A DNA stretch of 64,000 nt. Source: Spirochaetia bacterium (GTDB lineage Bacteria > Spirochaetota > Spirochaetia > UBA9216). The notes under the pieces were generated by a model that did not search any database, was not told where the DNA came from, and saw only the letters and a list, made by a program, of their open reading frames with translations. The DNA is taken from NCBI GenBank assembly GCA_965140585.1, contig OZ223264.1:64001-128000 (forward strand), in the 5' to 3' direction. Of the stretch, positions 31,901 to 41,563 are shown in pieces. Each line of letters opens with the position of its first letter. Positions within the stretch are counted from its first letter, which is position 1. The translations under genes were made by a program, and so were the position numbers.

Positions 31901-34830
31901 TTAAATTTAAGCCCTCAGAGGCCGGCTCATATATTCTTCGTTCAAAGGCTGTTGATGAAAAGGGCAGGACGATAGTAACCGATTTAAGGCTCTATGCAAC
32001 CGGAGCATCCTGGATAAAATGGGCCAACTCAGGAGCCGACGATATAAATCTTATTGTTGATAAATCACTGTACAGTGTAGGCGAGACAGCGCGAATCCTT
32101 GTACAGTCTCCACTCCCTGACGGAAAGTATCTGATGACTGTCGAGCGTGAGGGAATATTCGAAGAAAAAATTATAAGTTTTGAAGGTTCAACCGGTGTTA
32201 TTGAGCTTCCGATAACTGAAGATCATGTGCCGGTAATCTATGTTGCCCTCTGCTCTCAGCAGGAAAGAACCTCAACTGCTGAATCCTACTTTGATCCGGA
32301 TTTGGGAAAACCCAAGGGTTATTTCGGAATTACTGCAGTTAATGTTTCCACAGCTACCAGAGAACTTGATATTGAGGTTATTCCCGATAAAAAGATTCAC
32401 CGGCCGGGTGAAAAGATGGATGTGGTTCTGAGGGTCACAAAGGACGGAGAGCCTGTCGCCGATTCGGAGATGATTTTTCTGGCCGTGGACCGGGGCGTTC
32501 TTGATCTGATCAACTACCATGTGCCTAATCCTCTGACCCATTTTTATGATCCTGATAATTTCAGGTTTGCAGTAGCGGGCGATGATTCACGCAGACTGCT
32601 GCTTGATCCTGTAACCTACGATGTTTCGGAACTGCAAGGCGGAGACGGGGATAAACTGAACCGTCGTGAGGATTTTGTCCCGCTTGCTGTCTTTGAACCC
32701 TTTCTGAAGACCGACTCAAATGGTGAGGCCCGTGTCAGTTTTGAGCTTCCGGATACGCTTACGACCTACAGGGCAACTGCCATCGCCCTTGAAAATGCAG
32801 ATATCGGCTTCTCGGAATCGGAATTTCTGGTACAGAATCCGATAAATGTCAGAACCGCCCTGCCGCGGAAACTCCGGTACCGGGATACTACGATAGGCGG
32901 CCTGATTCTTCAGAATCTTGATTCCGAGGCTCATAAAATGACAGTTTCCATTAAGGCCGACGGAATTTCAGTTGGTGATGCTAAGGAAAAGAAAGTGACC
33001 GTTCCGGCAGAGTCCTCTTACGAACTGACCTGGCTTTTGATGGCTGAACAGACTGGAACTGCTGAACTTGTGTTTACTGTAAACTCCGAGGTCCTCAACG
33101 AAGAACTTGTGCAGAAGCTGGAGATAGAAACTCCTCTGGTGAAAGAGGCGTTTACAACAATCGGAAGCACCGACAGCTTCTTTGAGGAAGCTCTGGTTCT
33201 TCCTTCCGCAGTACAGCAGGATTTCGGGGGACTTTCCTTCCAGCTCGATTCAACCCGGATGCCGCTAATACGCGAACCTCTTGGTCTGCTTGCCGACTAC
33301 AGGCTGTCAGGAACCTCCTTCCTTCTTCCATATGGATACAGGGCTCTTCCCGGGCTGCTTTTCGGAAATGCTGTGACTAAACTGCTCCCTGAATCAGCAA
33401 TAGATCCTGAGGGGCGTTCAAAAGCGTATTTTACACGTGTTGCCAATTACCAGTGGTCGGACGGCGGAATACGGATGACCTCCGGCGGAATCTCAAGTTC
33501 TCCGAGAGCTTCTGTTCAGGCGGCAGGACTGCTTAACCTAGCAAAGACAAAGGGCTATACTTCTGTTATTCCTGAAAGTCTGGATCAGGGCAAATTATAT
33601 AAATACCTTTCCGAGCTGGCAAAAAATGAGAAGATACCGCTATATTTCAGAACACGGGCAGCTGCAGAGCTTGCTGAAGCCGGCCGTCCTGTTCCTGATT
33701 CTGTAAGGGCCCTTGAAGGCTACGGAGACAGCCTCGGTCTTTCAGGCTACAGCTACCTGGCAATTGCCGAACTTGCACAGGGCAGCAAGACAAAGGCTGA
33801 AGAACTCTGGGGAAGGATGAAGAACTTTCTTGCAATAAGCACCCAAAGCATTGATCTTGAAGAAACCTATGAGGCTGCCGGATATTTTGATTCGGAGATA
33901 GAACAGCTGTCTCTTATACTCAAGGTTGCGGTGCTGATGGAAGAGTCAGATGATATGATTAGCCGCCTTTCTGAAAGTATCGGAAGAAGGATTCAGGCAG
34001 CACGATGGTTAAGCTACCCTGACTGCGAAGCTGCAGCATCAACCTTCGGTACAGCCTATAAGGATGAGAGCGGTGAAGATACCGATTTTACCGCTTCAGT
34101 TAAAATCTCAGAAACAGCTGTTGCTTCTGAATCCTTCGAAGGAATTTCTGAAAATCCCTTTGTTAAAGAACTCTCCTTAAATGGTCCCGAACTTGGAGTT
34201 CTGGAAAAAAATAAACCCTATGTTATGCGATTTGAGAAGGAAGGAAGGGGTAAGCTTTATTACACTTCAACGATAGAGTATGCTCTGCCCTCAGAAATTG
34301 TACAGCCGCGGGATGAAGGTCTGTCCGTGTACACGGTTATTGAAACCCTGGATGGTGAAGAAGTCTCTGCAGACAGCATAGTGCTTGGTGAAACTTACCG
34401 GTGCAGAGCCTTCATCAGCTCTGATCGTGACCGCAGCTTTCTTACTCTGTCAGTTCCTGTTCCATCGGGAGCGGATATAATTGATTCAACCTTTGTGACA
34501 AGCTCAAGCTATACTGCTGAAGGCGGTGTTAATTCAGAAGAATGGACCAGGGAAACTGTATACGGTGATCAGCAGAGTTTTATCGCAGAAGGCACAATCA
34601 ACTTTGAATACGGCGGATGGTGGATGCACTATTACCGCCCTGAGATGCTTGTCTATGATAATGAAATGATTTATCAGTGGGAATATTTCTATAAAGGAGA
34701 ACGACGGGTTTCGTTTCTGTTCAAGGCCACTACACCGGGGCTTTACCCTGTACCTCCTGCTCAGGCTTCTCTGATGCTTGAGCAGGAGGTTTTCGGACGA
34801 ACCGGCGGCGGTCTGTTTATTATACAGTAA
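28957..34830 (+). CDS. Bacterial alpha-2-macroglobulin family lipoprotein lacking the CxEQ thioester
   Basis: Lipobox IFSC; FTDRGLYRPGE (MG2), AVDRGVL, LPDTLTTYR, ATTPGLYPVPPAQA; adjacent to pbpC. Confidence 0.92.
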   Translation: MKKIILLIIISILIFSCGDKSGPPAVQVDAETVEFSGLDGTVVGRDMSNLVGGPSEDVSDEGYTREGFDLSATTVNYFSVDELDSADFIIEDDGLSFDVTDFGPEGQLPRENRKPVIYVTFSHAMVPIGKLGAPLSVFDGLSITPELKGTYHWYGTRTLSFEPDELLQSQQEYMVTVSSNLQSLGKKSLAKDFSFIFKTEPLDIAGMRPGTYDRVWDDFFNVPPDFSQNILLSFTEPVDAEYIKSFIKIRSGQKDFSFRVSRPESEEQELDENYISRTLQLELDEAPPFDSDINVVLEAGAASAEGKNGRPGAVFRKYHTLKPFRFVSESTYSYAFPRSRTGTINPVFIEMSQPVNSTGAIDLISTSFGAIEDWADKVEIWENIIRINDLPVEYGKNYEVVLKAGLSDIYGQELQTDRAVEVYVPEASPYAYFPGGSVYRDTDYNFRMLESQFTPKVIYEYQNVSEGQMAVTPVSNLYSNIRTELTPVDFTDSRKNEANYKILDLSPWLNEDGFGSVQLNWNFINPSTSRYKNDYKQNLVVQVTDLGVTVRYAYNTILVWVNSLTGGEPVAGADVSIKVGGSDKIMQTDADGLAVFELVGYENKNVYSSRYHSRFSNPLTVTVNGDRADFLPSGTHSAWHFGVYSGAGPWAGNDPEPVTFFFTDRGLYRPGETLTFRGIDRDIRLGDFESYIGDFQLTAKKQEWRAKPFNEITGSTTTEGGFYGKIDLPENLEPGTYQLAYKRAGGTGETRLSFEIANFRRLNFEVSSKVPQRLFIQGDTVSVPVKASYLAGGAMANADYGYFWTRQPAWFHPEGEKYSDWVFGPDHSGGTQNLTHKTGKLNASGEVRAEQETGDETIEGQPFRYVLETTVEDIDRQEVSSRASVLVHPGSFYIGAKLTSGSKGWWSRFVAEDTEQTAEFILVDPEGGEVSAEAEITVELIQRSWVTAQQRGVYGRINTRYTLVENVVDTQIVKHSGGTSTVKFKPSEAGSYILRSKAVDEKGRTIVTDLRLYATGASWIKWANSGADDINLIVDKSLYSVGETARILVQSPLPDGKYLMTVEREGIFEEKIISFEGSTGVIELPITEDHVPVIYVALCSQQERTSTAESYFDPDLGKPKGYFGITAVNVSTATRELDIEVIPDKKIHRPGEKMDVVLRVTKDGEPVADSEMIFLAVDRGVLDLINYHVPNPLTHFYDPDNFRFAVAGDDSRRLLLDPVTYDVSELQGGDGDKLNRREDFVPLAVFEPFLKTDSNGEARVSFELPDTLTTYRATAIALENADIGFSESEFLVQNPINVRTALPRKLRYRDTTIGGLILQNLDSEAHKMTVSIKADGISVGDAKEKKVTVPAESSYELTWLLMAEQTGTAELVFTVNSEVLNEELVQKLEIETPLVKEAFTTIGSTDSFFEEALVLPSAVQQDFGGLSFQLDSTRMPLIREPLGLLADYRLSGTSFLLPYGYRALPGLLFGNAVTKLLPESAIDPEGRSKAYFTRVANYQWSDGGIRMTSGGISSSPRASVQAAGLLNLAKTKGYTSVIPESLDQGKLYKYLSELAKNEKIPLYFRTRAAAELAEAGRPVPDSVRALEGYGDSLGLSGYSYLAIAELAQGSKTKAEELWGRMKNFLAISTQSIDLEETYEAAGYFDSEIEQLSLILKVAVLMEESDDMISRLSESIGRRIQAARWLSYPDCEAAASTFGTAYKDESGEDTDFTASVKISETAVASESFEGISENPFVKELSLNGPELGVLEKNKPYVMRFEKEGRGKLYYTSTIEYALPSEIVQPRDEGLSVYTVIETLDGEEVSADSIVLGETYRCRAFISSDRDRSFLTLSVPVPSGADIIDSTFVTSSSYTAEGGVNSEEWTRETVYGDQQSFIAEGTINFEYGGWWMHYYRPEMLVYDNEMIYQWEYFYKGERRVSFLFKATTPGLYPVPPAQASLMLEQEVFGRTGGGLFIIQ

Positions 34831-34836
34831 GTCTCT

Positions 34837-37089
34837 ATGGTAAAAAAACGCATCATTGTTTTTCCTGCAGCAGCCCTCCTCCTGTTTCTAACCGGATGGC
34901 TGCTGCTCAAGTTTACTCCATATCCGCAGTGGGATTCGTTTTCACAAAGACCCTACAGTCCGGTGCTGACTGATGTTCAGGGTGCTGAGCTGCGGGTGAT
35001 TCCGCTTGATAATGGTCTTCGACGAATCTACAAACCGCTTGAAGATTATCCTGACTACCTTGTCGATATCTTTATTGCTGCTGAAGATCACCGCTTTTTT
35101 TATCATCCCGGAGTAGATGTTATGGCGATACTGCGTGCAGCAAAACAGAATGCTGATGCCGGACGTATTGTCTCGGGAGCCTCAACAATTCCGATGCAGC
35201 TTGCCGGAATGGCGGAGGCCGAAGCCGGGGATGTAAATCTTCACAGTAAACTTACAGAAGCCTACGGTGCACTGAGGCTGGAGGCGCGATATTCAAAGCA
35301 GGAACTTCTTGAAATATGGCTGGCATCGCTTCCATTCGGACATAATGTCGAAGGAGCAGCTGCTGCGGCAAGACATTACTTTGGTACGGAAGTTAAAAAT
35401 CTTTCACCAGAGCAGGCGCTTCTGCTTGCTGTAATTCCCCGCCGTCCGGAGCTCTACAGCCCCTCCGCCCATCCGGATGAAGCTGTTAAGGCTGCATTGG
35501 CACTTAGTCTGCAGCTGCCATACGAAATATCTGAAGACCGGCTTCGGTCGGCTGCTGTAGGTGCTGCTGATTCCGAAGCCTGCTGGCCGAATGAGGCTCC
35601 CCATTTTGTTAACTGGGTGCAGTCTCAATTAACTCCGGATTTTTATATGCCCGGGCTTCCGGTACGGACTACGCTGAACCTTGAAACCCAGCATATTCTC
35701 CAGTCGGCGCTTAACGCCAGGGTGGAAACTGCCGGGCATTTCCGTATAAGTAACGGTGCCGGCCTGATAGTTGATGCCCATAGCGGAGGCGTTCTTGCCT
35801 GGGTTGGATCTACTGATTTTTACAACGACAGTCTATCCGGCCAGATTGACGGAGTCCGGATTCAAAGGCAGCCGGGCTCAACACTGAAACCCTTTCTATA
35901 TTCGCTGGCTCTCGAATCAGGTTTCACGGCGGCTTCTGTACTGCCTGATATCCCTATGACCTTCGGTAGTGAAGAGGTCTACATACCCCAGAACTACAAC
36001 CAGAGGTTCAACGGTCCTGTGAGACTGCGGACAGCGCTTTCATCATCTCTGAATATACCGGCGGTATATATTGCCGAAAAACTGGGTGTCAGTGTATTTG
36101 CAGATCTTCTGATTAGGCTGGGCTTTGAATCACTGAAGTCTCAGCGGAACAGTCTGGGTGTGGGGATAGCCCTGGGGAATGCAGAGGTTTCTCTTTTTGA
36201 ACTTGTGCAGGCATACTCCGTTTTTCCCGGAAACGGAATTCCGGCAGCAGTTCACTGGCAGTCAGATTATCTGGTTTCAGGCTCCGGTTCGGTTCAGACT
36301 GAGGTTGTAGGCGGGGACAGGATTTTCAGCGCTGATACCATGTTTTTGATTCGTGATATTCTCTCGGACAATGTTTCCCGCATTCTAGCCTTCGGCCGCC
36401 GCGGTATGGGAACCGAGGGCTTTGACGCAATGCTTAAAACCGGAACCTCCAACCAGTTCAATAATATCTGGGCCGTGGGTGCAACACCTTCGGTTGTCTG
36501 CGGGATATGGATGGGTAATTTCTCCGGCGAGACAGTTATCGGCAGTCCGGGCAGCGGCCTTCCGGCAGAGGCTGTTACCGAGGTACTGGGCAGGCTTCAG
36601 AGGGGTGAAAAATTTCCGCAGCCTGCCGGTCTTCACATGGTTGAAGTTTGTCCTATTTCAGGCGGAGCAGTAACTGAAGCCTGCCCGTCTTCGATGTCTG
36701 AGTGGTTCCGTATTGGTGAAGAGCCAGAACCCTGCAGTTTCCACCGGAATGAGGGTGGTATGAGCAGTATAGTTTATCCGCCGGAATACAGCAGCTGGGC
36801 ACAGATGTACGGGATTGATTTTAAGACAGACGCCAGTGGCACAGGGCTTTCCATTACAGCTCCGGCGGATGGTTCGGTCTTCTTTTACGACAGCACCCTT
36901 CCGGCCGGCGGGCAGGCCGTGCCGGTGGAAGTTCAGGGCAGGGGTGCAGCTGTTCTTTCTGTAAATGGAAAACAGGTAACAGAGGGACAGCTTCCCCTCC
37001 GCTGGTTTCTCCCTGTGAAACCTGGAACCTACATTCTGGAGGCAGAGACCGCTGACGGGAAGGATTCTGTTGCAGTCAAAATACGCTAA
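34837..37089 (+). CDS. pbpC: Penicillin-binding protein 1C
   Basis: Transglycosylase EDHRFFYHPGVD and GASTIPMQL; transpeptidase STLK, SLN, KTGTS; C-terminal beta domain; follows the macroglobulin gene. Confidence 0.92.
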   Translation: MVKKRIIVFPAAALLLFLTGWLLLKFTPYPQWDSFSQRPYSPVLTDVQGAELRVIPLDNGLRRIYKPLEDYPDYLVDIFIAAEDHRFFYHPGVDVMAILRAAKQNADAGRIVSGASTIPMQLAGMAEAEAGDVNLHSKLTEAYGALRLEARYSKQELLEIWLASLPFGHNVEGAAAAARHYFGTEVKNLSPEQALLLAVIPRRPELYSPSAHPDEAVKAALALSLQLPYEISEDRLRSAAVGAADSEACWPNEAPHFVNWVQSQLTPDFYMPGLPVRTTLNLETQHILQSALNARVETAGHFRISNGAGLIVDAHSGGVLAWVGSTDFYNDSLSGQIDGVRIQRQPGSTLKPFLYSLALESGFTAASVLPDIPMTFGSEEVYIPQNYNQRFNGPVRLRTALSSSLNIPAVYIAEKLGVSVFADLLIRLGFESLKSQRNSLGVGIALGNAEVSLFELVQAYSVFPGNGIPAAVHWQSDYLVSGSGSVQTEVVGGDRIFSADTMFLIRDILSDNVSRILAFGRRGMGTEGFDAMLKTGTSNQFNNIWAVGATPSVVCGIWMGNFSGETVIGSPGSGLPAEAVTEVLGRLQRGEKFPQPAGLHMVEVCPISGGAVTEACPSSMSEWFRIGEEPEPCSFHRNEGGMSSIVYPPEYSSWAQMYGIDFKTDASGTGLSITAPADGSVFFYDSTLPAGGQAVPVEVQGRGAAVLSVNGKQVTEGQLPLRWFLPVKPGTYILEAETADGKDSVAVKIR

Positions 37090-37165
37090 AAGAATTCTTT
37101 AGAGGGACGCGATAGATTGATACCAAAGTTATATAAGCCGATACCGGGACTTGCATTATCAGCTT

Positions 37166-38572
37166 TCAATACTCCTGCATAGGCTTGTCGGCTTTTGTTG
37201 CAAGCAGTCTTGCCGATATTTTTTTTGCTTCAGTAAGAAGCCCTCTGTAATCAGCGGTCAGAAGTTTTCCGTCCTCGACTACCATTCTGCCGTTAACTAT
37301 TACGCTGTGAATATTTCTACCGTCCATGCTGTAGAGTATGTCTGCAAAGAGGTTGTTTCCCGGAAACATCGAGGGAGTTTCTGTATCAATCAGGACAAGG
37401 TCGGCAGGGGCGCCAGGAACTATCTTTCCATAGTTCGGCAGTCCCAGAGCTCTTCCTCCGCTGAACAGCAGCGGCAGAACTTCACCTAAGCCTGCCTTCT
37501 CTGCATTGCCCGCCGAGCTTTTACCCATAAGAGCTGCAAGCCTTGCCGCTTCATAGAGGTTCATTGTTGAGTTGCTCGCAGCCCCGTCGGTTCCCAGTGC
37601 AACTGCTGCTCCCGCCTCAAGAGTCCTGGGCAGGAAGTTGTGAGAATCTCCGAAACGCAGGTAGGTCTTGGGGCAGTGGGCTGATATGCAGCTGCTTTCC
37701 GCCAGTATTTTCAAATCGCTGTCGGTTGCGTAATAGGCATGGGCAAGTATGGTCGGCAGATCGTCAATGGATGCACTGCCGGCAGCCTTCCCCAATTCTG
37801 AGCTTGCAGCAGAACTGGCAGTTCTACACGGCCGAAGTATTCCCGTATCACGAAGAACCTCTATCGGCGTTTTGCCATGTGCATTAATTGAAGCCGTTAC
37901 CTGAGCCTCTTCCTCTGATACATGGATATGCAGCTTCATTTTTTCATCAGCTGCAATCCCGGCAATACGTTTCAGAAAATCATCAGGACAGAGATAGGGT
38001 GAGTGCGGTCCCATTGATATATTAATCAGCGGTGACTTGCCGCGGTAGGCGGAATTGAAAGCAATGGCTTTTTCGAGCTTGGCTTCAACCTGATCTCCCA
38101 GGCCGAAAACAGCCCAGCACAGATCGGCCCGCATTCCAAGCTTATCATATGCCTGCCAGGCCCTGTCCATTGCGAAGTAATGATCGGCAACGGTAGTAAT
38201 TCCGTTCAAGAGCATTTCGGCCCCGCCTAAAAGCGTTCCGGTGTATACGTCATCGGGAGTAAGACTCTGCTCATAGATCCAGATATGCTTGTTAAACCAG
38301 TCCGCGCTGCTGCAGTCTTCAGCGGTTCCCCTGAGCAGGGTCATAGCTGTATGAGCATGCATGTTGACCATTCCGGGGATTAGCACCATGCCGCGGCCGT
38401 CGATTATACTGTCTCCGGTATCTATTTTCGTATTGGAACCTGCTGAAAACGGATCAACCGATATGATGTTGCCATTGTCGATTTTGACGGTCATCCTTTT
38501 TGAAATGCTAAGATCAAAAAAATCCGGAATTCTTACATTCCGGATTTCAGTTACTGTATTTGAAATTTTCAT
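37166..38572 (-). CDS. Amidohydrolase, MTA/SAH (nucleoside) deaminase family
   Basis: PGMVNMHAH, GPHSPY, HIHVSE, LGTDGAASN, GAPADLV. Confidence 0.85.
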   Translation of the reverse strand: MKISNTVTEIRNVRIPDFFDLSISKRMTVKIDNGNIISVDPFSAGSNTKIDTGDSIIDGRGMVLIPGMVNMHAHTAMTLLRGTAEDCSSADWFNKHIWIYEQSLTPDDVYTGTLLGGAEMLLNGITTVADHYFAMDRAWQAYDKLGMRADLCWAVFGLGDQVEAKLEKAIAFNSAYRGKSPLINISMGPHSPYLCPDDFLKRIAGIAADEKMKLHIHVSEEEAQVTASINAHGKTPIEVLRDTGILRPCRTASSAASSELGKAAGSASIDDLPTILAHAYYATDSDLKILAESSCISAHCPKTYLRFGDSHNFLPRTLEAGAAVALGTDGAASNSTMNLYEAARLAALMGKSSAGNAEKAGLGEVLPLLFSGGRALGLPNYGKIVPGAPADLVLIDTETPSMFPGNNLFADILYSMDGRNIHSVIVNGRMVVEDGKLLTADYRGLLTEAKKISARLLATKADKPMQEY

Positions 38573-38574
38573 AT

Positions 38575-39522
38575 TCAGCCTGCGAGTTTTTTATCGAGTT
38601 TCCTGACCGCATCCATCATGATGGACATGAACAGATCGTTATCTACCTTCATGGCTACCTTGCAGTTGGGGGTCTTTCCGGTTACTCCGTAGACATCGGC
38701 AACAGTCTGGCCCCTTGTCAGTTCTCCCTGTGTTTCAATATCAACAAACATGGTTTCAAATTCAACAACCTTAGGATTGATGATTGTAGCTACGGTAAGA
38801 GCATCATGAATGGGCGCGCCTTCAATTCCGAAGTAGTTCAGGTTTGCCTGGGCAAAAAACTTCATAAGCGGGCCGACTACTGATGAAATCTTTCCGCCCC
38901 AGCTGCTTATCTCTTCTGTCTGGGCAAAACTCATCAGTGACTTGTTTGTTACATCAAGTCCGACCATGGTGACCGGCAGGCCGGAAAGGAATACTTCGCG
39001 GGCGGCTTCAGGATCAACAAAGATGTTGAACTCGGCACCGGGCGTCATGTTGCTGTCGTATACTGCGCCGCCCATAAGGACAACTTCCTTTACGTTCTTT
39101 TTAATTTCCGGAGCCTTGATGAAGGCCAGTCCTATGTTAGTAAGCGGCCCGGTCGGAACCAGCGTGACCTTCTCTGCCGATGCCTTTACGGTGTCGACTA
39201 TGAAATCAACAGCATGGCAGTCAAGAAAGGGCGCATCGGGGTTTGGAAGTTCAGCACCGTCAAGTCCGGATGTTCCGTGAATCTGCGGCGCCGTGATAAG
39301 TTCTCTGATTATCGGCCGGTCTGCTCCGCGTGCAAGAGGGATGTCATGCCGATCTATCAGAGTAAGAACCCTTCTGGCATTTTCAAAAGTTTTTTCTCCT
39401 GTCTGGTTTCCAGCTACTGTGGTTATTCCCAGGATTTCAAGTTCCGGGCTGGCTGCGGCAAGCATTATTGCCATCATGTCATCATGCCCGGGATCACAGT
39501 CAAGTATGATTTTTGTGCTCAT
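38575..39522 (-). CDS. Nucleoside hydrolase (IUNH/Rih family)
   Basis: DCDPGHDD, TGPLTN, MGG, AEFNIFVDPEAA, IHD. Confidence 0.93.
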   Translation of the reverse strand: MSTKIILDCDPGHDDMMAIMLAAASPELEILGITTVAGNQTGEKTFENARRVLTLIDRHDIPLARGADRPIIRELITAPQIHGTSGLDGAELPNPDAPFLDCHAVDFIVDTVKASAEKVTLVPTGPLTNIGLAFIKAPEIKKNVKEVVLMGGAVYDSNMTPGAEFNIFVDPEAAREVFLSGLPVTMVGLDVTNKSLMSFAQTEEISSWGGKISSVVGPLMKFFAQANLNYFGIEGAPIHDALTVATIINPKVVEFETMFVDIETQGELTRGQTVADVYGVTGKTPNCKVAMKVDNDLFMSIMMDAVRKLDKKLAG

Positions 39523-40502
39523 CAGTTTGCTCCTTCAGGCGTTTGTCCGGTGTTCGTGCCGGGCTTTTCTTTTACTTCTTCGGCTGCCGCTTCTTTTTTC
39601 TTTTTTATTGCACGTCCAGAGAAAACGGCGAGAGCTACAACTGTTATCAGGTATGGAATCAGCTGTATTAGTTCTGAGGGGATGTTCAGCGATGCAATGT
39701 AGATTGCAACAGCAGATACAAGGGCAAAAAACAGTGAGGAAATCATTGTTCCGACAGGCATCATTCCTCCGAGTGTTGCCGCTGCAATTGCTATAAATCC
39801 GCGTCCTGCTGTCATGTCGCGACTGAACCATGAGACATAACCCATTGAAAGATAGAGTCCTCCGAAGGCGGCGAACATTCCCGAAAGCATTAAAGCGTAG
39901 GTTTTTGTTCTGTTGACGTTAATTCCTACCGATTCGGCGGCATTCGGATTCTGGCCTACAGCCCGTATCCGCAGTCCCAGAGGAGTTTTGAACATAAGAA
40001 TGTAGAACAGAAAGACCGAAATAAGCGCCAGGTAGGTGAGTATATTGTGTCCGCTGATTATTTCTCCCAGAACAGGAATTTTGTTTATCAGCGGAATTTC
40101 TACATTCGGAAAAACAAGGCTTTTTAGGGATGAAGTTGAACCTTTATCACCTGTGAACATATAAAGTAGGAAGATTGTAATTCCAGATGCGAACATATTG
40201 AGTGCTACTGCGGAAAGAAAAATATCAGCCTTTAGCTTCAGGTGAAAATATGCAAGAATCAGGCACAGAAGTACACCTGCGGCAATTCCTGCCAAAAGGG
40301 CAAGCCAGAGGCTTCCTGTGAATGCACCTACTATTACCCCGAAGAAGGCCGCTATTAGCATGGCTCCTTCCATGGCGATGTTTTGTGAACCGGCCATTGT
40401 GCTGACAGCAATTCCCAAAGCCGGAAAAAGAAGCGGGGTCATGACCCGCAGGATTGCAAAGCCGAAGTTTACCGAGAAAAAGCTTTTCAGAAGTTCATTC
40501 AT
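39522..40502 (-). CDS. Nucleoside ABC transporter permease
   Basis: NIAMEG, TPLGLRIRAVGQNPNAAESVGINV, MTAGRGFIA. Confidence 0.9.
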   Translation of the reverse strand: MNELLKSFFSVNFGFAILRVMTPLLFPALGIAVSTMAGSQNIAMEGAMLIAAFFGVIVGAFTGSLWLALLAGIAAGVLLCLILAYFHLKLKADIFLSAVALNMFASGITIFLLYMFTGDKGSTSSLKSLVFPNVEIPLINKIPVLGEIISGHNILTYLALISVFLFYILMFKTPLGLRIRAVGQNPNAAESVGINVNRTKTYALMLSGMFAAFGGLYLSMGYVSWFSRDMTAGRGFIAIAAATLGGMMPVGTMISSLFFALVSAVAIYIASLNIPSELIQLIPYLITVVALAVFSGRAIKKKKEAAAEEVKEKPGTNTGQTPEGAN

Positions 40503-41563
40503 TTTGCAGCCTCCTCGCGTTCAGCCTGACGTCTTGTAATTCGGTACTTCCACTGTCCAAGGAAGGCTTCTGCTGTGATCAGAAGTATTATCAGAGACTG
40601 GATTACGTTCACAAGCTCTGCCGGTACATCGCCCATCAGGTTCAGCACCTGTCCTCCGACGCGGAGATAGGCCAGAAGCAGTGATGAAAAAATAATCAGG
40701 ATTGGATGGCTTCGGCCGATGATGGCAACGATAATTCCGTCCCATCCGTAGCCGGGCTGGTTCTGCCACAGAAAGCGTCCGTGTATACCCATTACCTCGC
40801 TCATTCCCCCGATTCCCGAAATGAAACCGAGCAGGACCTGTGAGAGGATAATTACCTTTACAATGTTGATACCGCCGAAGCGGGCGAAGTTTTTATTGTA
40901 GCCTGTCTGCCTGAACTCGTAACCGCTTGTTGTATGATAGAGAAAGTAATAGGCGACCAGGGCGATAATCAGTGCCAGAATAATGCCGAAGTGCATTCTT
41001 GTTCCCGGCAGAAACTGTGCAAAAAGTGCTGTTTCCGGAAGCCTCAGTGATACCAGGAACCCTGCATCCTTGTCCCGGAAGTGAGAGTTGATCAGATATA
41101 GACTGAAGTAAAATGCGACGTAGTTCATCATAAGCGATGATACAAGTTCGCTGGCGTTCCATTTGGCCTTCAGGATACCCGGAATCAGGCTCCATACAGC
41201 ACCCGTTACACCGGCTACTATTAGAACCAGAGGTATGTGAAGAACTGCGGGCATGCTGGTTGAAACAGCAAAGGCTGTTCCGACTGCCGCTGCAATTATA
41301 AATGAACCTTCGGCGCCCAAGTTGAACTGGTCGGCCTGAAATGATACTGCAATGGCAACACCGCAGAATATCATCGGTGCGGCCATTTCAAATATATTGA
41401 AAAGTCTTCCCTTGGAAGCTATCGGTCCGGTAAAGAAGTACTTCAGCGACTCTCCGGGATATTCACTTATCAGGTAGATCATCAGTATTGTTACAACCAC
41501 ACCGATGATAAGGGCGATCATTACGCGGATAAGCGTAAAATATTTAAGAATCCATTTTTCCAC
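40499..41563 (-). CDS. Nucleoside ABC transporter permease
   Basis: FNLGAEG, ELVSSLMMNY, GYGWDGIIVA. Confidence 0.9.
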   Translation of the reverse strand: MEKWILKYFTLIRVMIALIIGVVVTILMIYLISEYPGESLKYFFTGPIASKGRLFNIFEMAAPMIFCGVAIAVSFQADQFNLGAEGSFIIAAAVGTAFAVSTSMPAVLHIPLVLIVAGVTGAVWSLIPGILKAKWNASELVSSLMMNYVAFYFSLYLINSHFRDKDAGFLVSLRLPETALFAQFLPGTRMHFGIILALIIALVAYYFLYHTTSGYEFRQTGYNKNFARFGGINIVKVIILSQVLLGFISGIGGMSEVMGIHGRFLWQNQPGYGWDGIIVAIIGRSHPILIIFSSLLLAYLRVGGQVLNLMGDVPAELVNVIQSLIILLITAEAFLGQWKYRITRRQAEREEAAK

